Assembly (NCBI GenBank): GCA_030390025.1
Contig: CM059452.1
Span: forward strand, 8,308,001 to 8,372,000
Length of the DNA stretch: 64,000 nucleotides
DNA from: Squalus acanthias
Taxonomy: Eukaryota
Direction: 5' to 3'
Shown: in pieces, positions 13,746 through 27,068 of the stretch
Numbering within the stretch: the first letter of the stretch is position 1
How the letters are laid out: the number at the start of each line of letters is the position of its first letter
The notes under the pieces: generated by a model
Databases searched by the model: none
What the model was told of the DNA's origin: nothing
What the model saw: the letters and a program-made list of their open reading frames with translations, nothing else
Position numbers and translations under genes: made by a program

Positions 13746-13885
13746 TCAGACAGAATCCTCACCCATTCCCGGGATCGGATGATCAGATGTCCGGGACAAA
13801 GCAGAACAGCTCACGGAGCCTGTGTGCCGGGGCCGCGGGCAGTGATGATGAACACAGACAGCGACAATGATCACCGGCAGCTCAT
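13746..13885 (-). pseudogene. Possible decayed leader and V start relic
   Basis: Minus strand reads hydrophobic LPVIIVAVCV then GMGEDSV*; cut off by a LINE-like remnant at ~13480-13700. Confidence 0.3.
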
Positions 13886-14036
13886 TGAAACCAGGCTCTT
13901 GGTTTGATTCAGGAAATGACGGGGACTCCGTGTGCTGACAGAAACACTTCAAATTCTCCCCTTCAGTCCGAAAGCTGCAACTGAGAGGAGGCACCGGGTG
14001 AAGTGCGGGCTCCCAGTGTGGGAGACTGCGGCCATT

Positions 14037-14818
14037 ATGGAGTTCGGGCTTTTCGTTGTTTGGGGCCTAACAACGCTGTTATTCGGTTAGTTTATTTATT
14101 TATACATCTGTGTCTGTCTGTCCATTCCACTATTGACACAAGTGTCCTCTGTTCATCGATCTCCATATCTGCCCACCTATCTCTCTAATTGTCTATCCAC
14201 CTGTCTCTCTACTTGTCTGTCTCTTTATGTGTGTATCTCTCACTGTCTGTCTCTCTCTCGCTCTCTGTCCTTTATCTGCCTGTCGGCCTGCTTTTCTCTT
14301 TGCCCCCTGCTGTCTGTCTGTCTCTCTGCCTCTCTGTCTGTCTTACCCTCTGTCCACCTGCCTGTCTATCTATATCCAGCCATTTATCTGATGCTTTCTC
14401 TTTCTTTCTCTTTGTCACCCTGTGTACACACAGAGAGATAGACAGATGTATTGTTAAAGAAAGAATAACGGGTGATTTGTTCTTCTCTCTGTATCCATGG
14501 GTAACTGGGAATGTTTTCTGCAGGACTGAGTTCTGGAGACTCCGTCGATCAATGGCCAACAGAAGCCCAATATCCGGAAGGAACCTCCATGAGTATTAAT
14601 TGCAACTATTCAACCTCCGAAACGGACTACTACCTGGAGCTTTATCGTCAGAACCAGGACAAGGCTCCCACTGTCATAATTCGAAGACATTCCTATGGAA
14701 AGGACGAAGTTAACGGCCGTTTCTCTGTCATTCTGAACAAGTCGAAAACTGTCGCTGTTTTCACCTTGACTCAGCTGCAGCTCGCTGACAGCGCCGTGTA
14801 CTACTGTGCACTGAGGCC
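14037..14818 (+). CDS. TRAV: TCR alpha/delta V segment, open but Trp41 replaced by Leu (leader 14037-14085, V exon 14524-14818)
   Basis: Leader MEFGLFVVWGLTTLLF/GTTAGT; GDSVDQ...SINC...LELYRQ...DSAVYYCALR; RSS CACACTG, 23 bp, ACAGTAACC (14819-14857). Confidence 0.85.
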
Positions 14819-14898
14819 CACACTGAGAAGGGTCTCGGGACCCCTCGTACAGTAACCGTGTTCTGTGAGATCAGCTCAATGAAGCTGCTTTAAACCCG

Positions 14899-14915
14899 GC
14901 CACCAGGTGGCGCTG
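14899..14915 (+). promoter_or_regulatory. CTCF-binding motif downstream of RSS
   Basis: GCCACCAGGTGGCGCTG matches the CTCF core consensus. Confidence 0.75.
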
Positions 14916-15502
14916 ACAGAGCGCGGACTCCCAACGCCGGTCACTTTCCATCAACCAATACTGACCGACAATCCCTCAAAATAATTAACGTGAAAATTCT
15001 TTTTATTTCATATTTCTGCTCATTAATGTTATCCAATCCCTTACAGTTGAATAATTTCACAAGTTAGTTACGTGTAAATGAGATGTGCACCTGGCTTTAA
15101 TCCAATTCACTGATGAAGATTTCCGTGACTATTGAATAACATAATAATTCTGCAATTCCTGTCGCGAGCCTGCTTGTCCCGAATTTGTAATAAATGTGAA
15201 AGTAACGCAGCCCTTATAGAGAGGCAGAGTTATAACATTTCCGAAGGGGACATTGTTATTGAATTCAGTTCCTCACAGGTGGATCCCACATGTGACAACA
15301 CTGCCCGCGGCAGCCCCGCCCACAGCTTCCGTTTGCTGCTCTCGCTCTGACCCGCCTTGCCTGCCCTGTTTTATTGGAGAGATTGCTGCCGCTGCTCCCT
15401 GTTTGGCATTGGTTGGATCAGCAGTGCAGTGGGGTGGGGATCTGTATTCCTGCGCCGACAGAGGATTTCCCGGACTGCAGAGTTACAGACTCAGGGAGCG
15501 TC

Positions 15503-16005
15503 ATGTGGAACCCTCTCGCAACGCTCTTCGTCATTATATCACTTCTCAGTAAGTATTTCCTTCCCAGTGAAATCCATTCTCCACCTGACTGCTGTAACCC
15601 AGATGTGAATGTGGTAAAATGCTGTTGATGATGATGACTATTACTATTATTTTATGTTAGAATGGAGCCACCAAGACACAGTGGAACAGCCTGTCCCTGA
15701 AATGACGGTTGAAGAGGAAAGTAATGTCACACTAACCTGCAGCTTGAAAACAGGCTATGCTAACCCTTCTGTGTTCTGGTACAGTCACCACCCCGGGCAA
15801 CCTCCACTGTATGTGGTTTATCACTATGTCGGGATAGTGAACCCGGGCACCGGCTTCACTGACAGATTCTCTTCTACATTCAATCAAACAACCAAGATTA
15901 CCGAGCTAACGATCAGCAATGCCTTGATCTCAGACGACCGCCGTGTATTTCTGTGCCATGAGCCACACACTGCTGCAGAGATATAGTGGATCCCGTACAA
16001 AAACC
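15503..16005 (+). pseudogene. Family-A V pseudogene with a +1 frameshift in FR3
   Basis: Leader 15503-15548, exon from 15661; GACGACCGCC instead of GACACCGCC removes YFC from frame; RSS 15966-16005 with 24-bp spacer. Confidence 0.85.
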
Positions 16006-16204
16006 CACACTGAGAGTTACAGTTAGTGCTCGCCAGAGGGCGCTCTCACACCGATAAACAGAAGCGACAATTCACCCTCCACAATGAGAGAGGCAGAGAC
16101 GTTCTTAAAAGGTCGACAAAACACAATACGCAACAAGATTGCAGCCTCATTACAGCCTTGGTCCAAACATGAACAAAACAGCTGAATTCCAGAGGTGAGG
16201 TGAA

Positions 16205-17050
16205 ATCAAGGCAGCATTTGACCGAATGTGGCATCAAGGAGCCCCAGTAAATTTGGAGTCAATGTGAATCGGGGGGGGGGGGGGCGCGGGGGGGCAAATT
16301 CTCCACTGGTTGGAGTCATACCTCGCACAAAGGAAGATGGTTGTGGCTGTTGGAGGTCAATCATCTCAGCCCCAGGACATCGCTGCAGGAGTTCCTCAGG
16401 ACAGTGTCCTCGGCCCAACCATCTTCAGCTGCTTCATCAATGACCTTCTCTCCATCATAAGGTCAGAAGTGGGGATGTTCTCTGATGATCGCACACTGTT
16501 CAGTTCCATTTGCCACTCCTCAGATAATGAAACAGTCCATGCCTGCAAGCGGCAAGACCTGGACGACATTTAGGCTTGGGCTGATAAGTGACAGGTAACA
16601 TTCACACCACACAAGTACCGGGAAATGACTATCTCCAACAAATGAGAATCTAAACCCCTCCGCTTGACATTTAACGGCATTGCCATCGCCGCATCCCCCA
16701 CCATGAACATCCTGGGGGGTTCACCAATGGCCAGAAACTTAACTGGACCAGCAACATAAATACAACAAGAGCGGGTCAGCGGCTCAGTATTCAGCGGGGA
16801 GGTATTCTCCTGTCGCCCCAAAGCTTTTCCACCACCTACAAGGCACAAGTCAGGAGTGTGATGGGATACTCTCCACTTGCCTGGATGAGTGCAACTCCAA
16901 CAACACTCAAGAAGCTCGACACCATCCAGGAAAAAGCAGCCCGCTTGATTGGCACCCACCCCATCCACCACCTTAACCATTCCCTCCCTCCACCACCGGC
17001 GTACCGCAGCTGCATTGTGTACCATCTACAAGATGCACTGCACCAACTCG
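16205..17050 (+). mobile_element. CR1-clade LINE RT fragment (second family)
   Basis: GVPQDSVLGPTIFSCFINDL, GMFSDD, YSPLAWMSATPTTLKKLDTIQ. Confidence 0.9.
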
Positions 17051-17384
17051 GTTAGAGTGGTGAGGTGGTGGGGGTGTTGAAGGAGACGGATTGAGGCAGA
17101 CACAGAGATTAAACACCATCTCCACCCATTCCCAAACTTCCTTCCACACCCTTCAGAAGGGTCGTTATTACTTCCCGCGCTTAACCAGATGTGCTATTCC
17201 ACCACATGCCTGAACTCCAGAAGTTTAGATGAAAAGCAGCACAGTAACAGAAGGAAAATGCCGGAAGAATCTTGGGTCTGATCAGAAACATCTGGATATG
17301 TTCCCATGGCCGGGAGGCTCCGAAATAATCCGATGAGACAGCGAATAACGTCTGAGAGACAGGGAGGTTAAGTCAGTTATGGCC

Positions 17385-20190
17385 TGGTGGAATATAAACA
17401 GAGACATTATCCAGTGCAGTAATAATTGAGACAGGGCCTAGCTTCACATAAACAGAGACATGGCTTAGTGTAATATAAACTGAGACATGTCCTAGTGCAG
17501 TAATAACTGAGACAGGGTCTAGTGTAATATAAACAGAGCTGGGTCTAGTGTAAAATAAACAGAGACGTGGCCTAGTGTAATATAAACAGAGATGGGGCCG
17601 AGTGTAATATCAACAGAGACAGGGCCGAGTGTAATATAAACAGAGAAAGGGTCTAGTGTAATATAAAAAGAGAAATTGTCTAGTGCAGTAATAACAGAGA
17701 CACGGTCTAGTGTAATATAAACAGAGACAGGGTCGAGTGTAATATAAACAGAGACAGGGCCCAGTGTAATATAAACAGAGATAGAATCTAGTGCATTAAG
17801 AAAAGAAACATTGTCTACTGCAGTAATATCTGAGACAGGGTCTAGTGTAATATAAACAAAGACAGGGTCCAGTGTAATATAAACAGAGAAGCGGTCTAGT
17901 GCAGTAATAACTGAGACAGGGTCTAGTGTAATATTATCAGAGACAGGGTCTAGTGTAATATAAACAGAGACAGGGTCTAGTGTAATATAAAAATAGAAAT
18001 GGTCTAGTGCAGTAACAACAGAGACACGGTCTAGTGCAGTAATAATGGAGACAGGGCCTAGTGTACTTTAAACAGAGACGGGGCCTAGTATAATATAAAC
18101 AGAGACAGGGCCTAGTGTAATATAAACAGAGATAGAATCTGGTGCATTAATAACAGAAACATTGTCTAGTGCAGTAATAATTGAGACAGGGTCTAGTGTA
18201 ATATAAACAGAGAGAGGATCCAGTGTAATATAAACAGAGACAAGGTCTAGTGTAATATAAACAGAGACAGGGTCTAATTTAATATAAACAGAGAGAGGGT
18301 CTAGTGTAATATAAACAGAGACTGGGTCTAGTGTAATATAAACAGAGTCAGGGTCTAGTGTAATATAAACAGAGACAGGGCCTAGTGTAAAATAAACAGA
18401 GACAGGGTCTAGTGTAATATAAACAGAGACAGGGTCTAGTGTAATATAAACAGAGACAGGGTCTAGTATATTATAAACAGAGACAGGGTCTAGTGTAATA
18501 TAAACAGAGACAGGGCCTAGTGTAATATAAACAGAGCCAGGGTCTAATGTAATATAAACAGATACCGGGTCTAGTGTAATATAAACAGACACAGGGTCTA
18601 GTGTAATATAAAAGGAGACAGTGTCTAGTCTAATATAAACAGAGACAGGGCTTAGTGCAATATAAACAGAGACAGGGTCTCATGTAATGTAAACAGAGAC
18701 AGGGTCTAGTGTAACATAAACAGAGACAGGACCTAGTGTAATATAAACAGAGCCGGGGTCTGGTGTAATATAAACAGAGACATGGTCTCGAGTAATATAA
18801 ACAGAGACAGGGTCTAGTGCAGGAATAACAGAGTCAGGGCCTAGTGTTATTTAAAAGGAGACAGTGTCTAGTGCAGTTATAACTGAGACAGGTCCGAGTG
18901 TAGTATAAGTGGTCATGCCCTGGTGCATTAATAATTGAGACAGGGCCTATTGTAACACAAACCGAGGCAGGGCCTAGTGCAATAATAACTGAAATCGGGG
19001 CCTAGTGTAATATAAACAGAGACAGGGCCTAGTTCAGTAATAACTGGCTCCGTGCTTAGCATAATATAAAAATAGACAGGGTCTAGTGCAGTAATAACTG
19101 AGCCATTGTCTAGTGTAATACAAATACAGATACGGTCTAGTGGAGTAACAAATGTGACAGGATGTAATCTATTATAAATAGAGACAGTGACTACTGCAGT
19201 AACAACTGAGATGGGCCCTATTGTAATATAAACAGAGACATGGTCTAGTGCAGTAATAACTAAGACAGCGCCTACTGTTATATATAAAAGACAGGGCCTA
19301 GTGTAATATAAACAGAGACAGGGTTTAGTGTAATATAAACAGAGACAGAGTCTAGCATTTTATCAAAAGGACAGGGTCTTGTGTAGTAATGACAGTGACA
19401 GGACCTAGTGTAATATAAACCGAGACACGGTCTAGTGTAATATAAACAGAGACAGGGCTTAGTGTACGATAAACAGAGACAGGGTCTGATGTAATATAAA
19501 CAGAGACAGCATCTAGTGTAATATAAATAGCGACAGGACCTAGTGTAATATAAACAGAGACGGGGTCTGATGTAATATAAACAGAGACATGGTCTACTTT
19601 AATATAAACAGAGACAGGGTCAAGTGTAATATAAACAGAGACATGGTCTAGTGTAATATAAACAGAGACATGGTCTCGTGTAATATAAAGAGAGACAGGG
19701 TCTAGTGTAATATTAACAGAGATAGCGTCCTAGTGTAATATAAACGGAAACAGGTTCTAGTGTAATATAAACAGAGACAGGGCCTAGTGTAATATAAACA
19801 GAGACAGCGCCTAGTGTAATATAAACAGAGACAGGGCCTAGTGTAATATAAACAGAGACAGGGTCTAGTGTAATATAAACCGTGACAGGGTCTAGTGTAA
19901 TATAAACAGAGACAGGGTCTAGTGTAATTTAAATAGAGACAGAGCCTAGTGTAATATAAACAGAGACAGCGTCTAGTGTAATCTAAACAGAGACAGGTCC
20001 TAGTGTTATATGAACAGAGACAGGGTCTAGTGTAAACTAAACAGAGACAGGTCCTAGTGTTATATGAACAGAGACAGGGTCTAATGTAATAAAGACAGAG
20101 TCAGGTCCTCGTGTAATATAAACAGAGACAGAGTCTAATGTAATATAAACAGAAACATGTCCAAGTGCAGTAATAACTGATGCTGGTCCT
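17385..20190. repeat. 2.8-kb 26-bp minisatellite, inverted relative to 1-720
   Basis: (TGTAATATAAACAGAGACAGGGTCTAG)n directly visible. Confidence 0.95.
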
Positions 20191-20353
20191 AGTTTATGAT
20201 CGACACAACTGTCTCTTTGTTTATGACACACTGAGGAAACATTTTGAATTGAGTTATTGTTATCCTCACTCATCGGTCCTCGCAGTGAGTTTAGACCATG
20301 AAATACAATGAAACCGAGAGTTCGCTGTCAGTATCCCGTGCCGTAACACCTGC

Positions 20354-20545
20354 AGTTTATGTGTTGGCTCTTGCCCTAAATACTCCGCTGTGTGCGGTGT
20401 TAAAACACAGAAGTATTTCCTGGAACCTCCAGCTGTCAACTTTGACACCGTTTCCAGACGGTCTGCAAGTGTTGGGCAAAGAATTGGTGCTGTAGCGCCA
20501 TCCAGTGGCGTGAGCGGGTAACTGAAATCCTGTCTGTGAAACATT
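20354..20545 (-). pseudogene. Decayed family-E V relic with RSS
   Basis: VSKLTAGGSRKYFCVLTP resembles the 47.4 and 62.8 kb segments; RSS CACAGCG, 23 bp, ACATAAACT (20392-20354). Confidence 0.7.
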
Positions 20546-21014
20546 GATTCTCAATTTATTAACGAATACTGCTGCGTGAATATTCTGGATTATTATTATG
20601 CCAGTTTATTATTGTTATAATTTTGTTATTATTACTTTAACTGCTGCCATTTATTGATTTTGCTTTTGCTATCGTTGCTATTTGATATTAATGATGAGAT
20701 TTCATGTCTCAGTTTTCTGGTTTGTCCAAGTCACGAACACAATACCTGTTCATTTGCATAAACTAGATGAACTTCACGTTAATAATTCCACAATTGGCAA
20801 TTTTATATTCTTAACTTCGTAAAAATGAAAGTTTGTCTACATTTCTAATCATCCAATATGGAGATCAATCGCAATTCAATAATTCCATGAATCAAAGATG
20901 ATTCATATTATGCTGCGGAGGATTAACCTGAATGTTGAATCAAAACTATATATATTCCTAATCAAGGTAATTTTTTTAGCAATATTGCGCTTCAAATACT
21001 CCCAGTCAGGAACA

Positions 21015-21290
21015 ACATAGGTTAGATACAGAGTAAAGCTCCCTCTACACTGTCCCATCAAACACTCGCAGGGGAGGTACAGCACGGGTTAGATACAGAG
21101 TAAGGCTCCCTCTACACTGCCCCATCAAACACTCCCAGGGCAGGTACAGCACGGGTTAGATACAGAGTAAAGCTCCCTCCACACTGTCCCATCAAACACT
21201 CCCAGTGCAGGTACAGCACGGGTTAGATACAGAGTAAAGCTCCCTCTACACTGTCCCATCAAGCACTCCCAGGGCAGGTACAGCACGGGA
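21015..21290. repeat. 67-bp tandem repeat, ~4 units
   Basis: GGGTTAGATACAGAGTAAAGCTCCCTCTACACTGTCCCATCAAACACTCCCAGGGCAGGTACAGCAC repeated. Confidence 0.9.
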
Positions 21291-21514
21291 GAGATAATCT
21301 GGAAGTTCCGTCACGATCAGGGCCGATTATAGGTAAATATCTGAAAAAAATGAACTTGTATTTCCAAATAACCAATAAATCATATATTTATTCCATTAAT
21401 TGACTCTGAGGATGCATTTAATTCATTTTAATTACCTTGTTACTGATTGTACTTGTATCGCTCTCGCTTCTGAAACCCGTGGGCCGGGATTCTCCTCGGT
21501 CCCCGCGATGAGTG

Positions 21515-21833
21515 AGTTCTTGTCCAGGCTCCTCACCTCTTTGTTTCACCGTGTCTCACCGCACTGTAATACAGCGCGGCCTCTGACAGGCGAGCCGTGT
21601 TCACGGTGAGAGTGGTGGAGCCTTTCTCAGGGCCACAGACACTTTAAACCTGCCCTCAACTCTTTCTTCTCTGAATGTGGAGCTGAGATACTCGGGAGCC
21701 TGATTGGAGAACTGCCGGTACCAGAATACGATCTCATTTGTCGCGAAAGTAGCTTTGTGATGAAGCGAAATGGTTTGTCCTTCTGTTCCCCGATAAACCG
21801 ATATTTGGAATGTCTCCGAGTGACAAGGAGCAG
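21515..21833 (-). pseudogene. V pseudogene (both canonical Cys lost, frameshift)
   Basis: EGQTISLHH...FWYRQFSNQAPEYL...GRFKVS, frameshift, then EAALYYSAVR; RSS CACGGTG, 23 bp, ACAAGAACT; leader probably in the N gap. Confidence 0.8.
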
Positions 21834-21975
21834 CTGCCAAACCAAGAACAAGAATTAACATAATGATACATGCAAGGAGAATGTAACAAAGTGAGTGGAT
21901 ACAGACAGAATGATCGACTCTATCTATCTATATGTCTATCTAACTATCTATCTGTCTGTCTGTCACTCTGTCTGT

Positions 21976-22268
21976 NNNNNNNNNNNNNNNNNNNNNNNNN
22001 NNNNNNNNNNNNNNNNNNNNNNNNNNNNNNNNNNNNNNNNNNNNNNNNNNNNNNNNNNNNNNNNNNNNNNNNNNNNNNNNNNNNNNNNNNNNNNNNNNNN
22101 NNNNNNNNNNNNNNNNNNNNNNNNNNNNNNNNNNNNNNNNNNNNNNNNNNNNNNNNNNNNNNNNNNNNNNNNNNNNNNNNNNNNNNNNNNNNNNNNNNNN
22201 NNNNNNNNNNNNNNNNNNNNNNNNNNNNNNNNNNNNNNNNNNNNNNNNNNNNNNNNNNNNNNNNNNNN
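21976..22268. other. Assembly gap
   Basis: Run of N. Confidence 1.
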
Positions 22269-22528
22269 CTGTCCATCTATTTACTCTGTATGTTGTACAA
22301 CCAAACATAGAAAATCTTAGTTAATATGTTTCGATTCACTGTCTCTGTAGTTATAACTATAAGATATTGTAACTTTATCCAGATGGAAGTTTGAACACGG
22401 GAAACTAACATTTCTGACTGTCACCGGCATTTCTAAAGTACTTGATTTGAGGAAAGGTTAAGGGTGCAGCGGAGACTCGGCAGCAAACAGGATATTGTGC
22501 AGCTGGAGCCGCTCTTTGCCTCACTGTG

Positions 22529-22956
22529 TCCCCACCGCACAGTGATACACTCCGGCGTCTCTGGCCGAGGTACCGTCTATAGAGATGGTGTTGGACTTCT
22601 TCGCTCGGTCAAAGGAGAGTTTGTAGCGTCCTGTAGTCTTATTCCCCTGGTATATGGAGCCGATAAATGTCGGCGCCCCCGTCAGTGCTTGTCTGTACCA
22701 GACTACGGTATCCCCAGTACCAACGGAGAGCCGGCAGTCCAGTTCAGCCCGTTCCCCTTCCCGAGACACCACCTGCTCAGCGGGTGAGATCCGATCCTCA
22801 CACCGAACGGCTGTGAACAAAACAAACTCACTCAACAACCACAAGCTATTAAGAGATGAATGAAACAAGGCGTCTGAGCTGATAAATGAACTCACACAAC
22901 ATCAACAGCACCAGGGCTCCAACTGGAAACAGGTCTTTGCCGAGGTTCCTGTTCAT
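22529..22956 (-). CDS. TRAV: TCR alpha/delta V segment, apparently functional (leader 22956-22896, V exon 22810-22529)
   Basis: Leader MNRNLGKDLFPVGALVLLML/GTGAGT; ELDC...WYRQ...DAGVYHCAVG; RSS CACAGTG, 23 bp, ACAATATCC (22528-22490); CCAAT and TGACGTCA upstream at ~23113-23142. Confidence 0.88.
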
Positions 22957-23309
22957 GACGATGAAGATGGACAAAAGGCGGATCAATCCGGGTCTGATTT
23001 CCAGACTAGACCTTGTTGCCGAGTCCCGGACTTTCAATGGTTGGGAGCGGGAGGAGAGGGGAGAGCTTCACTTTCACCCCGTACAGTGTGGGAGTGATGG
23101 GCGACATTCTTACCAATCGGCCTATGTTGTCACCTGACGTCATTCACAGTCCCACTCGGGGATTGGCTGTCTGTCAAACCAGAGACCCCTTGAATCGTCA
23201 CTGGGAAGGAATTCCACTGGTAGCTGTGTGTAACGACAGATTAAATTGTTCAGGAAGATTTGATCTCTGTCGTATTTCTATCTCAAATGATCATCGTGGT
23301 CTTAGAATC

Positions 23310-23680
23310 ATAGTGTGTGCCATCTACAAGATGCACTGCAGCAAGTCACCAAGGCTTCTTCGGCAGCACCTCCCAACCCCGCGACCTCTTCCACCTAGAA
23401 GGACAAGGGCAGCAGGCTCATGGGTCCACCACCACTCCAAGTTCCCCTCCAAGTCACACAGCATCCTGACTTAGAAGTAAGTATATCACCGATCCTTCAT
23501 CGTCGCTGGCTCAAAATCCTGGAACTCCATACCTAACAGCACTGTGGGAGTACCATCACCACACGCACTGCAGCGGTTCAAGAGGGCGGCTCAACAGCAC
23601 CTTCTCAAGGGCAACTAGGGATGGGCAATAAATGCTGGCCTTGCCAGCGAAGCCCAGATCCCATAAGCAAATAATAATAA
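23310..23680 (+). mobile_element. LINE 3' end, same family as 16205 and 41810
   Basis: IYKMHCSKSPRLLRQHLP and 3' UTR shared with 42280-42635. Confidence 0.85.
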
Positions 23681-25222
23681 AAAAGGATATTGGTTCTGAA
23701 ATTCCCGCGATATCGATTGTCTGAAAATCCATCTGTATCACTAATCAATTCGATAACTATATTTTTAATTTGTCAGCGACTGGCAAAGGCGGCCGCCTCT
23801 TATAACTTTGTTCTTCAGCATCCAATTATCAGACGGCTGACGTGTTTCTCACCGACACAGCCGATATTCGGGCTGCTTGGACTTTGTAAACGTCAAAAGC
23901 GATTGATGTCTGTTCACTCTGGTGGGCGAAATCGTGTCCTTGCAATGACTCCGAAGCCAATCTCTCACCCTCTGGGACTCTGTGTTCAAACGCGGTCGAG
24001 ACAATGGGGATGGAGCCTCCTTTTCTGGTGGGATGACTGGGGTAGGCAATTTGCCCGACAGATTCACTGATAATGTACCCGGGGCTACCGAATACAAGGG
24101 AGAACTGAACATTAGCGGTCCCGTTGAATGGACTCACCCACCGAGAGAGAGAAAAATACAGACCCTTATGGTCGATGAAACTTAATCTAGAAAAGTGTGA
24201 AGTATTGTACATGAGAAGGGACAATGAAGAACATACATACATCATGAGTGGTGTGGAAATAGCTAAGGGTGAATCTGAAAGTGCTGGGAGTGTAAAGGGC
24301 CCACATGTGCAGGGAATGCGGTGAAGAACACGTGGAATACTCGCCAGGATCTGGGGTCACTTTACAAGGAATGTTCACATTGATAGGGTCAAACGGATTT
24401 AATATCTGTTGACGCCGTTTGTTTAATTGCAACATTCAGCTGTACAACACACAGACAATACATACATATGTCAGGAAATTACTTCAATAATAATGTCCCC
24501 ATTGGAAGTCATATAATTCCGCTTCTCTATAAGAACTGTGTTGCCCCCAGGCTCGCGAAAGGATTTGCAGTTATTATATTAGCTACAAGCATCTTCATCA
24601 CTGGGCTGGGATTAAACTATGGGGTTAGAAACAGATGTTGGATTATATAACAAAAATCCAACCGATTCCGAATTGTAATTATTAATGAGAAATGTATTTA
24701 ATTCAAAACTGTCAACTGGAGGTTGCGAAGTAATGCGTGAAATTATTACACTGTTATTGACGATATAATATCAATGAACAGAAATCTAAGAGTTGAAAAG
24801 GAATTTCTTGTTAATTTATATGAAAACATATGTCAGGCAGCATTGGCTGATGCAACGTGACCGGCGGTGGGAAGCAGCGGTCTGTCAGCGCCACCTGGTG
24901 ATCGGGTTTAAAGTAACTTCTTTGGGCTGATCTCACAGAACACTGTTCATTTTTCGAGTTCTCTCTGTTCCCATTTCCAGGTCGGATTCAGGATGACCTG
25001 CCGATGCTCTGGCGCATGCGCTCTCCTCACCCCAGTCTCCATCAATGCTGAGCCCCGAGCTCCCCTCACAGGTTCACTTTTTGTGTTCCAGAGACCGTGT
25101 GTGACGGGCACAGTGCCGCGGTGTCAGGCTGAGATTAATACACAACAGCGCTGCCTTCTCCAGGAGCCTCTCTCGGCCTGGATCTGCCGACAGTCACTTT
25201 ACACAAATCGATAGGATCCGAC

Positions 25223-25854
25223 ATGAAGCTGAGCTTCACTTTAGTGATTATCTCCCTGGATTTCTTATTCGCCCCTCCGTGTGAGTGTCGTCACAATCTC
25301 TGTTTATCGGGAATATTTTACATCTTATATACATAATATTTATTTATATATTATTATGTTATGTTAGATTAAGTTATGCTATGTTATATTGTATTTTATT
25401 ATTCTGTATTATCTTCTATTATGTCAGATTATATCATGTTATGCTATATTATGCACTATATTATATTGAATTATATTGTATTAATTATAATATAATGCAC
25501 TGTATTAATTATATTATATTAATATCAACATACTCTTTTCAGGTGCCACTGGCAGTGCAGAGGTATCGCAGTCTTCCGAGTCAGAGGTTGTTACCGAGGG
25601 AGACACTGCATCGTTGACCTGTTCCACCACAGTCGCAGGACGGATGCTACAATGGTACAGACAATACCCGAGGCGAACCGTGCAGTACCTGGCGACCGGT
25701 ACCAGCGATCAGAGCAGGATCACGGCTCGCTTCAGCTCAGTAGAGGAGCGCACTGCTCTGAATGTTAGCGACGCTCGAGTGACAGACACCGCCACCTATT
25801 TCTGTGCGTTGGAGATGCAGTGCAGCAAAGATCAGCAGAGACCGTACAAAAACT
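25223..25854 (+). pseudogene. V segment with open frame but defective heptamer (leader 25223-25280, V exon 25543-25815)
   Basis: Leader MKLSFTLVIISLDFLFAPP/GTGAGT; SLTC...WYRQ...DTATYFCALE; heptamer TGCAGTG, 23 bp, ACAAAAACT. Confidence 0.8.
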
Positions 25855-26033
25855 CGAGGCTGTGCCATTATCAGAGCGCTGGGTGTTTTATAACACTGTC
25901 CCTGGGAACCGCCCCCAGTCTCCGAATAAGTGAAGTCTGCTCCTGATCTCAGTTTGCACTTTAATATCAGACGAGAAGGGTCAACGTATTTTTAATAATC
26001 TGCTATTTTCTGTCGAACTCTAAACCAGGCATC

Positions 26034-26430
26034 ATGTGCTCCCCAAGTTCCTTACTGATAATAATGGTCGTGCTGCCCGGTGAGTCTAAGTTTAAATGGT
26101 CAGTGCGTGTTTCATGGGTTATATTTACTGCCAGACTTTTCACACAGTCTGTGTTTTGTTACAGGAACGAGTGGCGCAGACTCAGTGTCCCAGGATGCGT
26201 CTGAATTAACGGTTGTGGAAGAACAGACCCTGATACTCAGCTGTAGTTTCACCACATACGATAGGTTTCCCCACCTCTACTGGTACATCTAGTAATCCTG
26301 GTAAGCTCCGAGATATTTACTGAGGAGATATTGCTCAGGACAGGGAGACAATTCTCCAGATTTCCCAGATCGGTTCTCCGCTGATTTGGACAAAGACAAA
26401 GACAAGAATATCCTCTTTGATATAGAAACC
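26034..26430 (+). pseudogene. 3'-truncated V pseudogene, paralog of the 5.5 kb V
   Basis: Leader MCSPSSLLIIMVVLP; exon from 26165 with stops after LYWYI; no YYC and no RSS. Confidence 0.85.
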
Positions 26431-26521
26431 TGACAATCTTAGGTCTCTGTGGGCTTGGGATCAAAGTAACCCACAGATAAAAACACAAAGAACACTTAAT
26501 GAAGCTGTAAATACTCGCTGA

Positions 26522-27068
26522 GGTTTGTGTACGGGGCCTTTACTTTTATCTGACGCCTCACTGCACAGTAATAGACCGCCCCGGCCTCCACACTCAGGCC
26601 GCTTATATTGAGGTAACCATACTTTCTAGATGTGATAGCACCCGACAGATATTCTCCTGAGACTTCTTCACCCTTATGTGCTACTAGTTTGCTAATTATC
26701 CAGCTTAGAGGCTGTGCCGGTTTCTGTCGGTTCCATTGCATAGTGTAAATATTCGGGGCTGTATATTCGCAATCTAACTGCACCGAACTCTCTTCTGACA
26801 CGGCTATTGTCACCAGAGACTGTGTTGCTGGATCTGCACCTAGTCCGCCTGTGAAGATAGGGAACAAAAGAGCAGACGGTTGAACTGGATCGATCTAAAC
26901 TTGTGTCCCTAACCTCCCATCTACCCAGCTGTCCATCATATGGATATTTCTAATGAGTAATTGCATTAAATCCTTGCACAAGATCTTTGCATCAATCGGT
27001 TAACGTGTGTTATTTGATATAATCCAGTACTTACTGTGCAACACAGCCGCCAGTATTATTAGCAACAT
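26522..27068 (-). pseudogene. V segment with open frame but deleted heptamer (leader 27068-27035, V exon from 26848)
   Basis: Leader MLLIILAAVLH/GTAAGT; VQLDC...QWNRQ...GAVYYCAVR; 23-nt spacer and ACACAAACC present but heptamer reduced to C..G; CRE TGACGTCA at 27189-27196. Confidence 0.8.

Noticed and set aside
14037-14085. Leader starts MEFGL like human IGHV3, hinting at an Ig-like V (TAILV/IgHV) in the locus
   Set aside because: The V exon ends YYCALR with TCR-type framework; no WVRQ/YYCAR segment or octamer promoter recognised
15108-15140. CTGATGA as a second hammerhead core
   Set aside because: No stem II or GAAA follows, and the paralog at ~33560 lacks the core
21870-22320. ORFs spanning N runs
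   Set aside because: Gap artefacts
23829-24120. Possible highly decayed V on the minus strand (ISESVGQ...KGGSIPI)
   Set aside because: No Cys, Trp, YYC or convincing RSS
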